From assembly GCA_965219955.1 (NCBI GenBank), contig OZ244799.1:3968001-4032000 (forward strand): a DNA stretch of 64,000 nucleotides, written 5' to 3'. The notes under the pieces are model-generated. The model ran no database searches, was not told the origin of the DNA, and saw only the letters and a list, made by a program, of their open reading frames with translations. The first letter of the stretch is position 1. The number at the start of each line of letters is the position of its first letter. This document shows, one piece after another, positions 38,751 through 47,962 of this stretch. This stretch comes from a bacterium (GTDB lineage Bacteria > UBA8248). A program made the position numbers and the translations under genes.

Positions 38751-38978
38751 ATGTCGGCAACACAGGATCGCATCAAAGAGATCATCGCGAAAACGCTCGA
38801 CCTCGGCCATGAACCTGATTTCAACGCCCAGTTCAGCGAAGCAGATATTAACTCGATGGAGGCGGTCGCTTTCTTCAAACTCGTCAACGATGAGTTCGGC
38901 CTCGATATGGCCATAGAGGACTTCTCGAAGTTCAAGGACCTGCAGGCTCTTGTAGAACATATCGACGCGCGCGGCTGA
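38751..38978 (+). CDS. Second stand-alone acyl carrier protein
   Basis: 75 aa acidic, QDRIKEII, ADINSMEAV, EFGLDM; AAGGAG RBS; resembles the first free ACP. Confidence 0.82.
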   Translation: MSATQDRIKEIIAKTLDLGHEPDFNAQFSEADINSMEAVAFFKLVNDEFGLDMAIEDFSKFKDLQALVEHIDARG

Positions 38979-39019
38979 TCGGCGTTCCTCGACGCTCGGG
39001 CGCAGCCAGACCTTCGGAT

Positions 39020-39919
39020 ATGACGAAAGGGGCGCATTGGGCGATACCCGAGCCCGTTTCGACATGCGAGGTCCGACTCGACGAACGCACTGTGACCACG
39101 GTGCGGCGACACGGCAATCCGGCAGGTCCCCGGCTCGTCCTGACCCACGGCAACGGTCTCGCGGTCGATCCCTATTATCCGTTCTGGTCGCTGCTCGCCG
39201 ACGATTTCGACCTGATGGTCTACGACCTCAGGAACCACGGCTGGAACAGCGTCGGCGCGCAGCGGGATCACAACATCCCGGCAATGATTTCCGACCATGA
39301 CCTCATTCTCGACGCCATCGTCGAGGAATACGGCGAAAAACCGACCGTGGGCGTGTTTCACTCCCTTTCGACGCTTGTGGCGCTCCTCTCCTTCACCGAC
39401 GCCTATTCCGCGCTCATCCTGTTCGATCCGCCGCTATGCAAACCCGCCAGGAGAGAGGAGGAATGGATCGCGGCGACGGAACGGATGGCGGCGATGATCC
39501 GGAAGCGGGCGGATCGGTTCGAGAGCCTGGAGCAGTTAACCGAAATCTTCGCCATCGTTCCCGGATACGCCCGCATCCTGCCGGGGGTGCGCGATCTCAT
39601 AGCGCAGTCGACCCTTCGCAAGAGCGCCGACGGGGACGCTTACGAACTCCGCTGCCCGCGCGATTACGAGGCCCAGATCGCGGAATATATGAGGAGCTTC
39701 TCGCCTTTGCTGGATCTGACGACACTGACCTGCCCGACGAAGGTCATCGGAGCCGACCCCACGCTGCCCTACGCGTACCTGCCGACTTTCGACCTGAGCC
39801 ACGCAGCGGCCGTCGACTACGACTTCGTGCCCGAGGCTTCGCACTTCCTGCAGGTGGAAAAGCCGGAGGAGTGCGCCGCGATGGTCCGGGAATACCTGGC
39901 AAGCCACGGAATTCGCTAG
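39020..39919 (+). CDS. Alpha/beta hydrolase (sup-cluster hydrolase, possible thioesterase)
   Basis: HGNG oxyanion region, DLRNHG, FHSLS nucleophile elbow, ASHFL catalytic His. Confidence 0.85.
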   Translation: MTKGAHWAIPEPVSTCEVRLDERTVTTVRRHGNPAGPRLVLTHGNGLAVDPYYPFWSLLADDFDLMVYDLRNHGWNSVGAQRDHNIPAMISDHDLILDAIVEEYGEKPTVGVFHSLSTLVALLSFTDAYSALILFDPPLCKPARREEEWIAATERMAAMIRKRADRFESLEQLTEIFAIVPGYARILPGVRDLIAQSTLRKSADGDAYELRCPRDYEAQIAEYMRSFSPLLDLTTLTCPTKVIGADPTLPYAYLPTFDLSHAAAVDYDFVPEASHFLQVEKPEECAAMVREYLASHGIR

Positions 39920-39933
39920 GCCGCGCGCGAAGG

Positions 39934-40395
39934 ACTGTTGAAAAAGCCCCCCTTTTCAGGGGATAGAGGGGACGCCGCCGTAGGGACAGGTCGCGACCTG
40001 TCCCTACAAGAAGCGGTGTGGTTTTGTTCGTCATTCCGGCGAAAGCCGGAATCCATTTTGACTTTTCACCGAGCAGGGCGGCCAAGACCTTGTTGTTGCC
40101 CGGCGTCCGGATGCGGAATGCAGAGAATCCGCCTTTCGTTTTTGTATTCGATTCCGGTCCTCCCCACCGGAGTGTAAAAATGTCCAAGCGAGGAGGTAAA
40201 AAGGCAAAGGCGGAAATGGATTCCGGCTTTCGCCGGAATGACGGGTGTTGTGATCTCTCCGGAAGGGTGTCGTAGGGGCGCTTCGTGAAGCGCCCGTTTC
40301 TCCGGCAAGGGCCGTTCGCGAACGTGGGCGGTTCGCGAACCGCCCCTACGGACCCCCTATCCCTCCTTGTCAGGGTGGGTGCTTTTCAAGTCAAG
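39934..40395. repeat. Composite cluster of REP-like palindromes between convergent genes
   Basis: GTAGGGACAGGTCGCGACCTGTCCCTAC (39980-40007); CGTCATTCCGGCGAAAGCCGGAATCCA (40029-40055) and its exact inverse (40217-40243); GTAGGGGCGCTTCGTGAAGCGCCC; GGGCGGTTCGCGAACCGCCCCTAC. Confidence 0.85.
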
Positions 40396-40414
40396 GGAGC
40401 GGTCAACAACCTCG

Positions 40415-41590
40415 TCAGGGGCTGTCTGCGGTTGTGGCGTCCCGCGCGGCCATCCTCTTGCTGACTATCTCCTGAAACACCATCAAGAGCCCTTCCTCGA
40501 GACCCAGCATGTGGGTTTCGTTCACTCCGTCCAGCAGGTTGGCCTGAACCCGTTCCGCCATCATGTAATCTTCGTCGTCCAACGTGACCTCCGCGTAGAG
40601 GAAGCGGTTGCGCAACGCTTTCTGCCCCGACTCCCCGACGTATTTATCGGGAAGATAGAGCAGTTCCTGCGAGCAGAGCGTTCGATCCGGGGCCAGCGGC
40701 AAGAACCTGCTGATTAAAATGGTGTCATCGCGCACGATGAAAATCGTGTTGGGGAACAGAACATAAAAAAGCGTTACGAAGTCGATAAGCTTTCTCTGTT
40801 TCTCCGGGACGTTTTCCGCCTCCGGCAAGTTCGTTTGTGCGGCCATAACGCGCAGATGAGGCCCCTCCACGTCGTGAGAAAGAAAACCTTCGCGGAAATT
40901 CGGAGCCAGGGTTCCTTTGTGAAGATGCGCAACGTGGTAGCCTTCCAGGTTCATTTGAACAAGAAGTTTCCAGTTGGCCTTTTTCTCCGTCACGACCCTT
41001 TTGTAGCTGACAAAACGCTCAAGTTGGAACTCCGCGAAATCTTCCGCGAAAGCGCCCAGATCCTGCGCCGGATCGAACGACTCATGTCCAGTTGGGTGAA
41101 CCCATATCAATCCCGTGCTCTCCGCCACCGAACACGCTTTCAGGCCGTAGTCGCGCTTGTCGATGCAAGGAAAGGAGGATGACCGCGGAATACCCCGTAG
41201 CGCGCCGTCCAGGCCATACGTCCACCCGTGAAACGGACAAACCAGCGCCCGCAGCGGTTCGTCTTTCTCCCTGAGAAGAAGCGGTGAGCCCCGATGACGG
41301 CAGGTGTTCAGAAATGCCCGGAGTACGCCGTCTTCGCCCCGGACGACGAAATACGGCCGGCGCGTCCAGTCGCCGAGCATGTAACTGCCAGGCTCACGAA
41401 CGCTGTCCATGTGCCCGGCCACGAGCGGGCTGCCAGAAAACAGCGTCTCGAGCTCGCGCTCGAAGATCTCCTGGCTGGTATAGGCGTCCAGGGGCAGACG
41501 CAAGGCCGTGTCGTAAATCTGTTGGTCTTCGGGTCGCCCGCGGAGTTCAAGCATTCTGTCGAGCAACGCCATCTGACGATCGTGTTTCAT
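40415..41590 (-). CDS. Rieske non-heme iron oxygenase alpha subunit
   Basis: CRHRG...CPFHGW Rieske motif, EGYHVAHLH mononuclear Fe motif, C-terminal EDY. Confidence 0.92.
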   Translation of the reverse strand: MKHDRQMALLDRMLELRGRPEDQQIYDTALRLPLDAYTSQEIFERELETLFSGSPLVAGHMDSVREPGSYMLGDWTRRPYFVVRGEDGVLRAFLNTCRHRGSPLLLREKDEPLRALVCPFHGWTYGLDGALRGIPRSSSFPCIDKRDYGLKACSVAESTGLIWVHPTGHESFDPAQDLGAFAEDFAEFQLERFVSYKRVVTEKKANWKLLVQMNLEGYHVAHLHKGTLAPNFREGFLSHDVEGPHLRVMAAQTNLPEAENVPEKQRKLIDFVTLFYVLFPNTIFIVRDDTILISRFLPLAPDRTLCSQELLYLPDKYVGESGQKALRNRFLYAEVTLDDEDYMMAERVQANLLDGVNETHMLGLEEGLLMVFQEIVSKRMAARDATTADSP

Positions 41591-42597
41591 CGTTCCACGC
41601 GCTCCTTTGGTTCAGGTCGAAAGTCCCGTTCGCGCCGGATCGTACGACGCTCGCGGTTATCGAAAAAGGCGCATTCCGCGAGAACGTCGCCGTCCTTTGC
41701 TCCGGCTTCCGCGATCTCCATGTGGAAACGGGTAATCGGTTTATACGGGAAGAACCCCTTCCCGTACTGTTCCGCTGGGTATTCGAGGTTTTTCGCCCGC
41801 TCCAGATCGTAGTGCGACCCGACATCCACAAAGCGCATCGCGTAGGCGGCGCGCTTGGGGAGCGCGCCCTCACCGAGCATGATGCTGCGGTGGACGACCA
41901 TTTTGTTGAACAGGAGCGCGTCGCCGGGCGCAAAATCGTCTTCGATCTGGTGGTTCTCCAGTATCTCGCACATGGTCGGCGAATTCAGGATTCCTTCGCG
42001 CATGGCGAAGTACTCATTTACGTTCGTCCTGACCCCGGCGCGCTCCTTGGCCTCCAGCGTCGAGACGACCGCCGGCTCGATCTGGCGGAAGACGAAATCG
42101 CCCGATATGACGTTCTGGGGGACATAAGCCATTCCGCCCCGCTGGCCCTTCGTATCCACGGGATGCAGCGGCGCCCAAATGGTGCACGCGAATTCCTCAG
42201 CGGGCTGAAAGCCGAAGCTCTGCACGCCGACGTGCCAGGGGAGCCCCTTGCTGACGTTCTTTTCGATTTCAAAGCACAACTCGGCAGTCAGGAAGAGATC
42301 GCATTCGGCCAGATCCGTCAGAGCCCGCCGGAAATAAGGCCGTTCCATCAGTTCATAGACTTGCCCTTTATCGGTCTCGAAGTCATACGTCGTTCGTATG
42401 TCGAGAAGTTCCGCTGAACGAGATTTGTTGAAATCGGTGGCCCCCTCCCCACTCAATTCGACTTCGACACGATTCAGAAGCGTCTCGACCACGTTATCGT
42501 TCAGGAACCCTTCCAGTTTGACGAAGCCGTCGCGCCGGAATTGCTCCTTCTGCTCCGGGGTGATGAAGAACTCGTTGTCGAAAGGATGGCTGCTCAT
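41587..42597 (-). CDS. PhyH-fold Fe(II)/2-oxoglutarate enzyme with HxG motif (putative halogenase), copy 2
   Basis: EQFRRDGFVKL, PWHVGVQ, TIWAPL, GGMAYVP, PGDALLF...HRS, RAAYAMRF; GGAGG RBS before ATG 42597. Confidence 0.78.
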   Translation of the reverse strand: MSSHPFDNEFFITPEQKEQFRRDGFVKLEGFLNDNVVETLLNRVEVELSGEGATDFNKSRSAELLDIRTTYDFETDKGQVYELMERPYFRRALTDLAECDLFLTAELCFEIEKNVSKGLPWHVGVQSFGFQPAEEFACTIWAPLHPVDTKGQRGGMAYVPQNVISGDFVFRQIEPAVVSTLEAKERAGVRTNVNEYFAMREGILNSPTMCEILENHQIEDDFAPGDALLFNKMVVHRSIMLGEGALPKRAAYAMRFVDVGSHYDLERAKNLEYPAEQYGKGFFPYKPITRFHMEIAEAGAKDGDVLAECAFFDNRERRTIRRERDFRPEPKERVER

Positions 42598-42629
42598 CGT
42601 ATCCTCCTGCGCGTTTCCGCCGGCGATAT

Positions 42630-43607
42630 TCAACCGGCCTGGAGAGAGCGTTCGCGCCGGATGGTACGACGCTCGCGGTCGTCGAAAAAGGCGCATTCCG
42701 CGAGAAGGTCGCCGTCGCTCGCTCCGGCTTCTGCGATCTCGATGTGCTGACGGGTGAAAGGTTTATACGGAAAGAACCCCTTCCCGTACATTTCCACGGG
42801 GAATTCGAGCATCCGCGCCCGCTCCAGATCGTAGTGCGAGCCCGCATCGATGAAGCGCATCACGTAGGCGGCCCGCCTGGGAAGCGCCCCCTCACCGAGC
42901 ATGATGCTCCGGTGGACGACCATTTTGTTGAACAGGAGCGCGTCGCCGGGCTCGAAATCGTCTTCGACCTGGTGGTTCTCGAGTATCTCGCACATGGTCG
43001 GTGAATTGAGGATCCCCGAGCGCATGGAGAAGTATTCGTTTACGTTCGTCCTGTCCCCGGCCCGCTCCCTGGCCTGCAGCGTCGAGACGACCGCCGGCTC
43101 GATCTGGTGGAAGATGAAATCGCCCGATATGACGCGATCGGGGACATAAGCCATCCCGCCCCGCTGCCCCTTCGTATCCACGGGGTGCAGCGGCCCCCAT
43201 AGCGTGCACCCGAATTCTTCCGCGATCTGAAAACCGAAGCTCTGTGCGCCGACATGCCAGGGAAATCCCTTGCTGACGTTCTTTTCGACTTCAAAGCACT
43301 GCTCGAAGGTCAAAAAGAGGTCGCATTCGACCAGATCCGTAAGGGCCCTTCGCAAGTAAGGCCGTTCCAGCAGTTCATAGACAGCGGTCATTTCGCCCGC
43401 GAAGTCATATTTCGCTCGATTGAACATTGCATCGGCCTTGAAACTGTCGGCCTCCCCCCGGTCCATTTCGGCTTCGACACGATTCAGCAGCGCCTCGACC
43501 ACTTCAGAGTTGTAGAACCCTTCCAGTTTGACGAAGCCGTCGCGCCGGAATCGCTCCTTGTGCTCGGGGGTGACGTGGAACTCGTTGTCGAAAGGATGGC
43601 TGCTCAT
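42630..43607 (-). CDS. PhyH-fold Fe(II)/2-oxoglutarate enzyme with HxG motif (putative halogenase), copy 1
   Basis: ERFRRDGFVKL, PWHVGAQ, TLWGPL, GGMAYVP, PGDALLF...HRS, RRAAYVMRF; close paralogue of the downstream gene. Confidence 0.78.
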   Translation of the reverse strand: MSSHPFDNEFHVTPEHKERFRRDGFVKLEGFYNSEVVEALLNRVEAEMDRGEADSFKADAMFNRAKYDFAGEMTAVYELLERPYLRRALTDLVECDLFLTFEQCFEVEKNVSKGFPWHVGAQSFGFQIAEEFGCTLWGPLHPVDTKGQRGGMAYVPDRVISGDFIFHQIEPAVVSTLQARERAGDRTNVNEYFSMRSGILNSPTMCEILENHQVEDDFEPGDALLFNKMVVHRSIMLGEGALPRRAAYVMRFIDAGSHYDLERARMLEFPVEMYGKGFFPYKPFTRQHIEIAEAGASDGDLLAECAFFDDRERRTIRRERSLQAG

Positions 43608-43780
43608 GGCTTGCTCCTCCCATGACTGTCTGTTCACATACATCCGGCTGCCTGGAAAAGTAAGTTAGCATAGCGTGGCGAACGAGGGTAGTTTTTTTTC
43701 AGAGGGAAGGATCCGTGGCGCTTTGGCGGAATGACGGCGGTGGTCAATTCCGACCCGTGAGGACTTCTTCAACAACCCCG

Positions 43781-45922
43781 CTAAGCGAGGGTCCCGTTTC
43801 GTTTCGTTTTGCCTGTTTTCTTGCGCGTCATGACCAGCCGGCCGAGCGGGTCCACCTCCACGCGGAACGAAGGCGGTATGAGTACCGTGGAATCGGGCTG
43901 CTCGATGACCGCGGGTCCCGGAACCCGGTTTCCGCCTTTGAGGCGTTCGCGTTCATAGATGGGACAGTCGATGAAACTACCGGCTTCGCGAAAATGCACC
44001 TTCCGCTCGCCCTTGAGCGCCGCTTTTGGGCTTCGTGAGCCTGCGGCGATTTCTTTCGGGCGAATCCGGTCCGTGAGGCCGATGGCCGAGACGCGGAGGC
44101 TGACGGCCTGGACGCTTTCCGCCTCATCGGAGTAGCTGTACTGGCGCAGGTGCGCGTCGTGAAACGCCCTTCGCGCCTTGCCGAGCCATCTGGCGTTCAC
44201 CTTGCCGCCGGGCAGCGGCACGTTGATCTCGTAGTTCTGAAGCGGGTAGCGCAGGTCGGCCGAGCGCGCGAGCATACGCCTCAATCGGGGCGCCTTCTCG
44301 GCCTTGAGCCATTCGTCCGCCGCAGCTTCCAGCTCGGCCATGAGAGCGGCGATGGAGCCTGCGTTATCCCCGGCGAGGCTCAGGCGGGTGGTGGCCGTGA
44401 AGTCCGCTCTCATGTCCGCCCAAAGCAGGCCGAGGGCTGAGAAAACGCCCGGCGCCTCGGGGATGACGATGCGCGGAATCCCGAGTTCGTCCGCCAGGTC
44501 CGCCGCGTGCAGGGGGCCCGCGCCGCCGAAACCGATGAGCGCGAAATCACGCGGGTCATAGCCCCTGGCGACCGAGACCACGCGCAGGGTGCGGACCATG
44601 TGCGCGTTGACGACTTCAATGACGCCTGCGGCGGCTTCCATGGTGGACAGACCGAGCGGCCCGGCTATCTTCTCCTCGATGGCTTTTTCCGCAAATTCGA
44701 GGTTGAGGCGAGATTCTCCCCCGACGAAATAATCGGGGTTCAGGCGGCCCAGGACGAGGTTGGCGTCCGTGACGGTGGGTTCCTCGCCCCCGCGCCCGTA
44801 GCAGACCGGGCCGGGTTCGGAACCCGCGCTGCGGGGGCCGACTTTCAGAACGCCCACGCCGTCCACCGAAGCGATGGAGCCGCCGCCCGCGCCGCATTCG
44901 GTGAGATCGATGACGGGCGTCTTGACGGGGTACCCCGTGAAGCGCACCGCCAGGGACTGGTGCATGCCCATCCCGATCTCGTATTCGGTGGTGGTCTTGT
45001 AGGCGCCGCCCTCGATGAGGCTCGCCTTGGCCGTGGTGCCGCCCATGTCGAAGGAGATGACGTCGGGCTCTCCGAGCTCTTGAGCGAGAACGGCGGCGGC
45101 GATGACGCCTGCCGCGGGGCCTGATTCGATGAGCGTGTGGGGGCGTTCTCGCGCAGAAGCCGGCGACATCAGCCCGCCGGCGGAGTTCATGATGAGGAGC
45201 TTCTCGGGGCGGTGGCCGAGCCGGGAAACCTCATCGTGCAGCCTTTCCGTATAGCGCGCGAATATGGGCTTCAGGTAGCCGACGAGTGAGGCCGTGCTGG
45301 TTCGTTCGAACTCGCGGAATTCGGGCGTGATGTCGGAAGAAGCGACGATGTGGCGGCCCGGAAGCGCGCGAACGAGATGTTCTTTCACCCGGTGCTCGTG
45401 GGCGGGATTCAGGTAGGAGAAGAGCAGCGCGATCACCACAGATTCGGCGCCCGAGACGTCTAGCGCGTCCGCGAGCCGGTCGAGTTCTTTTTTCGTCAGC
45501 TTTGTGACGACGTCTCCGTTCCACGCCAGCCGCTCGTTCACCTCGAAACAGAGCCGCCGGGGGATGAGGGGCCTGGCCTTCACTTCCTGCAAGTTATACA
45601 GGCTCGGCCTGCGCTGGCGGGCGATCTCGAGGATGTCCCGGAACCCCCGGGTGGCGACCAGGGCGGTGCGCGCGCCTTTTGACTCCAAAACGGTGTTGGT
45701 GGCCACGGTGGTGGCGTGGAGGATGCGCCCCACCTCTCCGGGCGATATGCCTTGCGTCGCCCTCAGGAGTCCGTTTACGAAACAGCCCTCCAGGTTCACC
45801 GGCGTGGTGTCCACCTTATAGGAGGCGATGAGTCCCTCCTGCTCTCCCATGAGGACGACGTCGGTGAACGTGCCGCCGATGTCCACGCCGACGCGGTATT
45901 TCGCTTTCTTCTCAGGAGCCAT
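43781..45922 (-). CDS. Hydantoinase/5-oxoprolinase subunit A
   Basis: GVDIGGTFTD, HATTVATN, SGPAAG, DMGGTT, GAGGGSIA, FGGAGPLH. Confidence 0.93.
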   Translation of the reverse strand: MAPEKKAKYRVGVDIGGTFTDVVLMGEQEGLIASYKVDTTPVNLEGCFVNGLLRATQGISPGEVGRILHATTVATNTVLESKGARTALVATRGFRDILEIARQRRPSLYNLQEVKARPLIPRRLCFEVNERLAWNGDVVTKLTKKELDRLADALDVSGAESVVIALLFSYLNPAHEHRVKEHLVRALPGRHIVASSDITPEFREFERTSTASLVGYLKPIFARYTERLHDEVSRLGHRPEKLLIMNSAGGLMSPASARERPHTLIESGPAAGVIAAAVLAQELGEPDVISFDMGGTTAKASLIEGGAYKTTTEYEIGMGMHQSLAVRFTGYPVKTPVIDLTECGAGGGSIASVDGVGVLKVGPRSAGSEPGPVCYGRGGEEPTVTDANLVLGRLNPDYFVGGESRLNLEFAEKAIEEKIAGPLGLSTMEAAAGVIEVVNAHMVRTLRVVSVARGYDPRDFALIGFGGAGPLHAADLADELGIPRIVIPEAPGVFSALGLLWADMRADFTATTRLSLAGDNAGSIAALMAELEAAADEWLKAEKAPRLRRMLARSADLRYPLQNYEINVPLPGGKVNARWLGKARRAFHDAHLRQYSYSDEAESVQAVSLRVSAIGLTDRIRPKEIAAGSRSPKAALKGERKVHFREAGSFIDCPIYERERLKGGNRVPGPAVIEQPDSTVLIPPSFRVEVDPLGRLVMTRKKTGKTKRNGTLA

Positions 45923-47708
45923 GCTGGAGGGCCTCCCTGCGTTTCAGCGCTTCATCGACAAGGGCGTTCGGATAGGACGCCCTGGCGTATTCGAGCGAAA
46001 TCTTTCCGTCCGCGAGATCGGCCGCCAACTCTTCCGGAGGGTGTTCGGCCGGGTCGCCGTACCCGCCGGCCCCGGCCGACTGGCACCTGAGCACATCACC
46101 CTCCCGCATCTCGTGGGGGCCGCCCTTGCTCGGCAGCTTCGTTTCATTCGGCTCCCCGGGATTTTTCAGGTGAATCCCCCTCGCGCCTTCCTTGCCCCCG
46201 AAAAGGGGCCAGGGGGAGAAATCGTGCCGGTCGGCGTGGGCGATGAAGCCCGTGTCGCTGAGCATCAGAAAGTCTTTTCTCGTGGCGAGTCCGCCCCGGC
46301 GGCGTCCCGCGCCGCCGCTGTCGGGCACGAGCTCGAAGCGCTCCACGCGGATGGGGTATTCACTCTCGAGGATCTCGACGGGCAGGTTCGGTATGTTGTT
46401 CGTGTGAATCTGGACGGCGTCCATTCCGTTGCTCGTCTCGCGGCCGCCCATGCCGCCGCCGATGCCGTCGATGCAGATGAACGGCCTTCGCCGGATGGCG
46501 TCGAAGCCGTGGATGTTGATGGAGGTGGTGCCGTGGCCGCAGGCGCATACGCGCTCCGGCGCGACCTTCGACATGACGCCGATGAGCAGATCGGCCAGCC
46601 GCTGGCAGGTGGTGCCGCGTCCGCCCACGGGCGCGGGCGGGCTGGGGTTCACGACGCTCTCCTCGGGCGCTACGAGCCTCACCACGCGCTCGAACGCCGC
46701 GTTCGACCACAGTTCGGGGTCGATGGTCGCCTTGAGCGCGTAGGCGACAGTGGCGAACAGCGCTTCATAGACGACGTTCACGCCGCCCGTTCTCTGCCGG
46801 CTCGAACCCGTGAAGTCGAAAACCATGTGAGGCTCAGGATTATGCGAGATGGTGAGCGTCACCTTGAGCGGTACCGGGCCGGGCACGTGGGCGTCGTCGT
46901 CGAGCTGGTCCTCGAAATCCCACGTCCCCTCGGGCAGTTCCTTTATCTTCGCGCGGATCGTTCGTTCGTTGTAGTCGAGCACGCCTTCCACGAGTTCGAG
47001 AAAACGCCCGGCGCCGTATTTTTCGCTCAGTTCCTGAAGGCGCCGGACGCCCAGCTGGTTGCACGCGGCCTGCGCGCGGAGGTCGGCCGGTCTGTCTTCC
47101 GAGAAGCGCATGTTCAGGAGGATGAAGGAGAAGAGGTCTTCCTGCAGTACGCCCTCCTTGAAAATTTTCATGGGTGGTATGCGCAGGCCCTCCTGGTATA
47201 TCTCGTTGCAGCCCTCGGTCATCGCGGCGCCCGGCTTGATGCCGCCCACGTCCGGCCAGTGGCCCATGTTGGCGACGAAGCCGATGAGGCGCTTGCCGTC
47301 GAACACCGGCGAGGCCACCGTGACGTCGGCGAGGTGGGTTCCGCCGCCGTGGTAGGCGTCGTTCGCCAGGAAGGCGTCGCCGGGCCTGAGTTCTTCCAGC
47401 GGGTAGCGCTTCAGGATGTTGCGGATGATGCTCAGCATCGCGCCCAGGTGCATGGGGATGTGCTCGGCCTGTGCGATGAGGCGGCCTTCGGCGTCGAAGA
47501 TGGCCGTCGAGGCGTCCTGGCGCTCCTTGATGTTCGTGGAGTAGGCCGTGCGGATGAGCGCCGCGCCCATCTCCTCGGCCACCGAGAGGAGGGCGTTCGA
47601 GAAGACCTCGAGCGCGACCGGATCGGGGGTCGCCGATGCGCGCCGCTTCGTGGTCTTCCGGCGCGAGGCCGCTTTTTTCGAACCCGCTTTCGTGCGTCCG
47701 GCCGGCAT
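45912..47708 (-). CDS. Hydantoinase/5-oxoprolinase subunit B
   Basis: RTAYSTNIKE, HIPMHLG, NDAYHGGGTHLAD, HWPDVGG, DSGGAGRRRGG, GAGGYGDP; start placed at MPAGRTK. Confidence 0.92.
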   Translation of the reverse strand: MPAGRTKAGSKKAASRRKTTKRRASATPDPVALEVFSNALLSVAEEMGAALIRTAYSTNIKERQDASTAIFDAEGRLIAQAEHIPMHLGAMLSIIRNILKRYPLEELRPGDAFLANDAYHGGGTHLADVTVASPVFDGKRLIGFVANMGHWPDVGGIKPGAAMTEGCNEIYQEGLRIPPMKIFKEGVLQEDLFSFILLNMRFSEDRPADLRAQAACNQLGVRRLQELSEKYGAGRFLELVEGVLDYNERTIRAKIKELPEGTWDFEDQLDDDAHVPGPVPLKVTLTISHNPEPHMVFDFTGSSRQRTGGVNVVYEALFATVAYALKATIDPELWSNAAFERVVRLVAPEESVVNPSPPAPVGGRGTTCQRLADLLIGVMSKVAPERVCACGHGTTSINIHGFDAIRRRPFICIDGIGGGMGGRETSNGMDAVQIHTNNIPNLPVEILESEYPIRVERFELVPDSGGAGRRRGGLATRKDFLMLSDTGFIAHADRHDFSPWPLFGGKEGARGIHLKNPGEPNETKLPSKGGPHEMREGDVLRCQSAGAGGYGDPAEHPPEELAADLADGKISLEYARASYPNALVDEALKRREALQHGS

Positions 47709-47962
47709 GAAGATATTTCTCCTTCGCCTGGGCGGATGAGGCAACGGGAAGCCGTGCCCCTCATCCGGGGAAATCGTTTTTCCGCTCTTCGTTCAAGGCG
47801 GGGCGTTTCGGGAATGCGCGGCCGCCGCCGGGTGGCTGTAGAGGCGAACGCGCTGTTCACCGGACGCCCGGGTTTTTCGCTGCAACTTCACGGGAAAACC
47901 ACGCGCGCATTCCGCTTCCCGGGCGCAGCGCCAAGGTGGAGCGGATGTGTCGAGCCGCAGGT

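Noticed and set aside
35868-40395. CRISPR array
   Set aside because: Palindromes are heterogeneous, inverted and irregularly spaced; no cas genes
41587-43607. Assembly artefact or ordinary phytanoyl-CoA hydroxylases
   Set aside because: The copies differ by many synonymous changes and an indel, and both lack the HxD carboxylate
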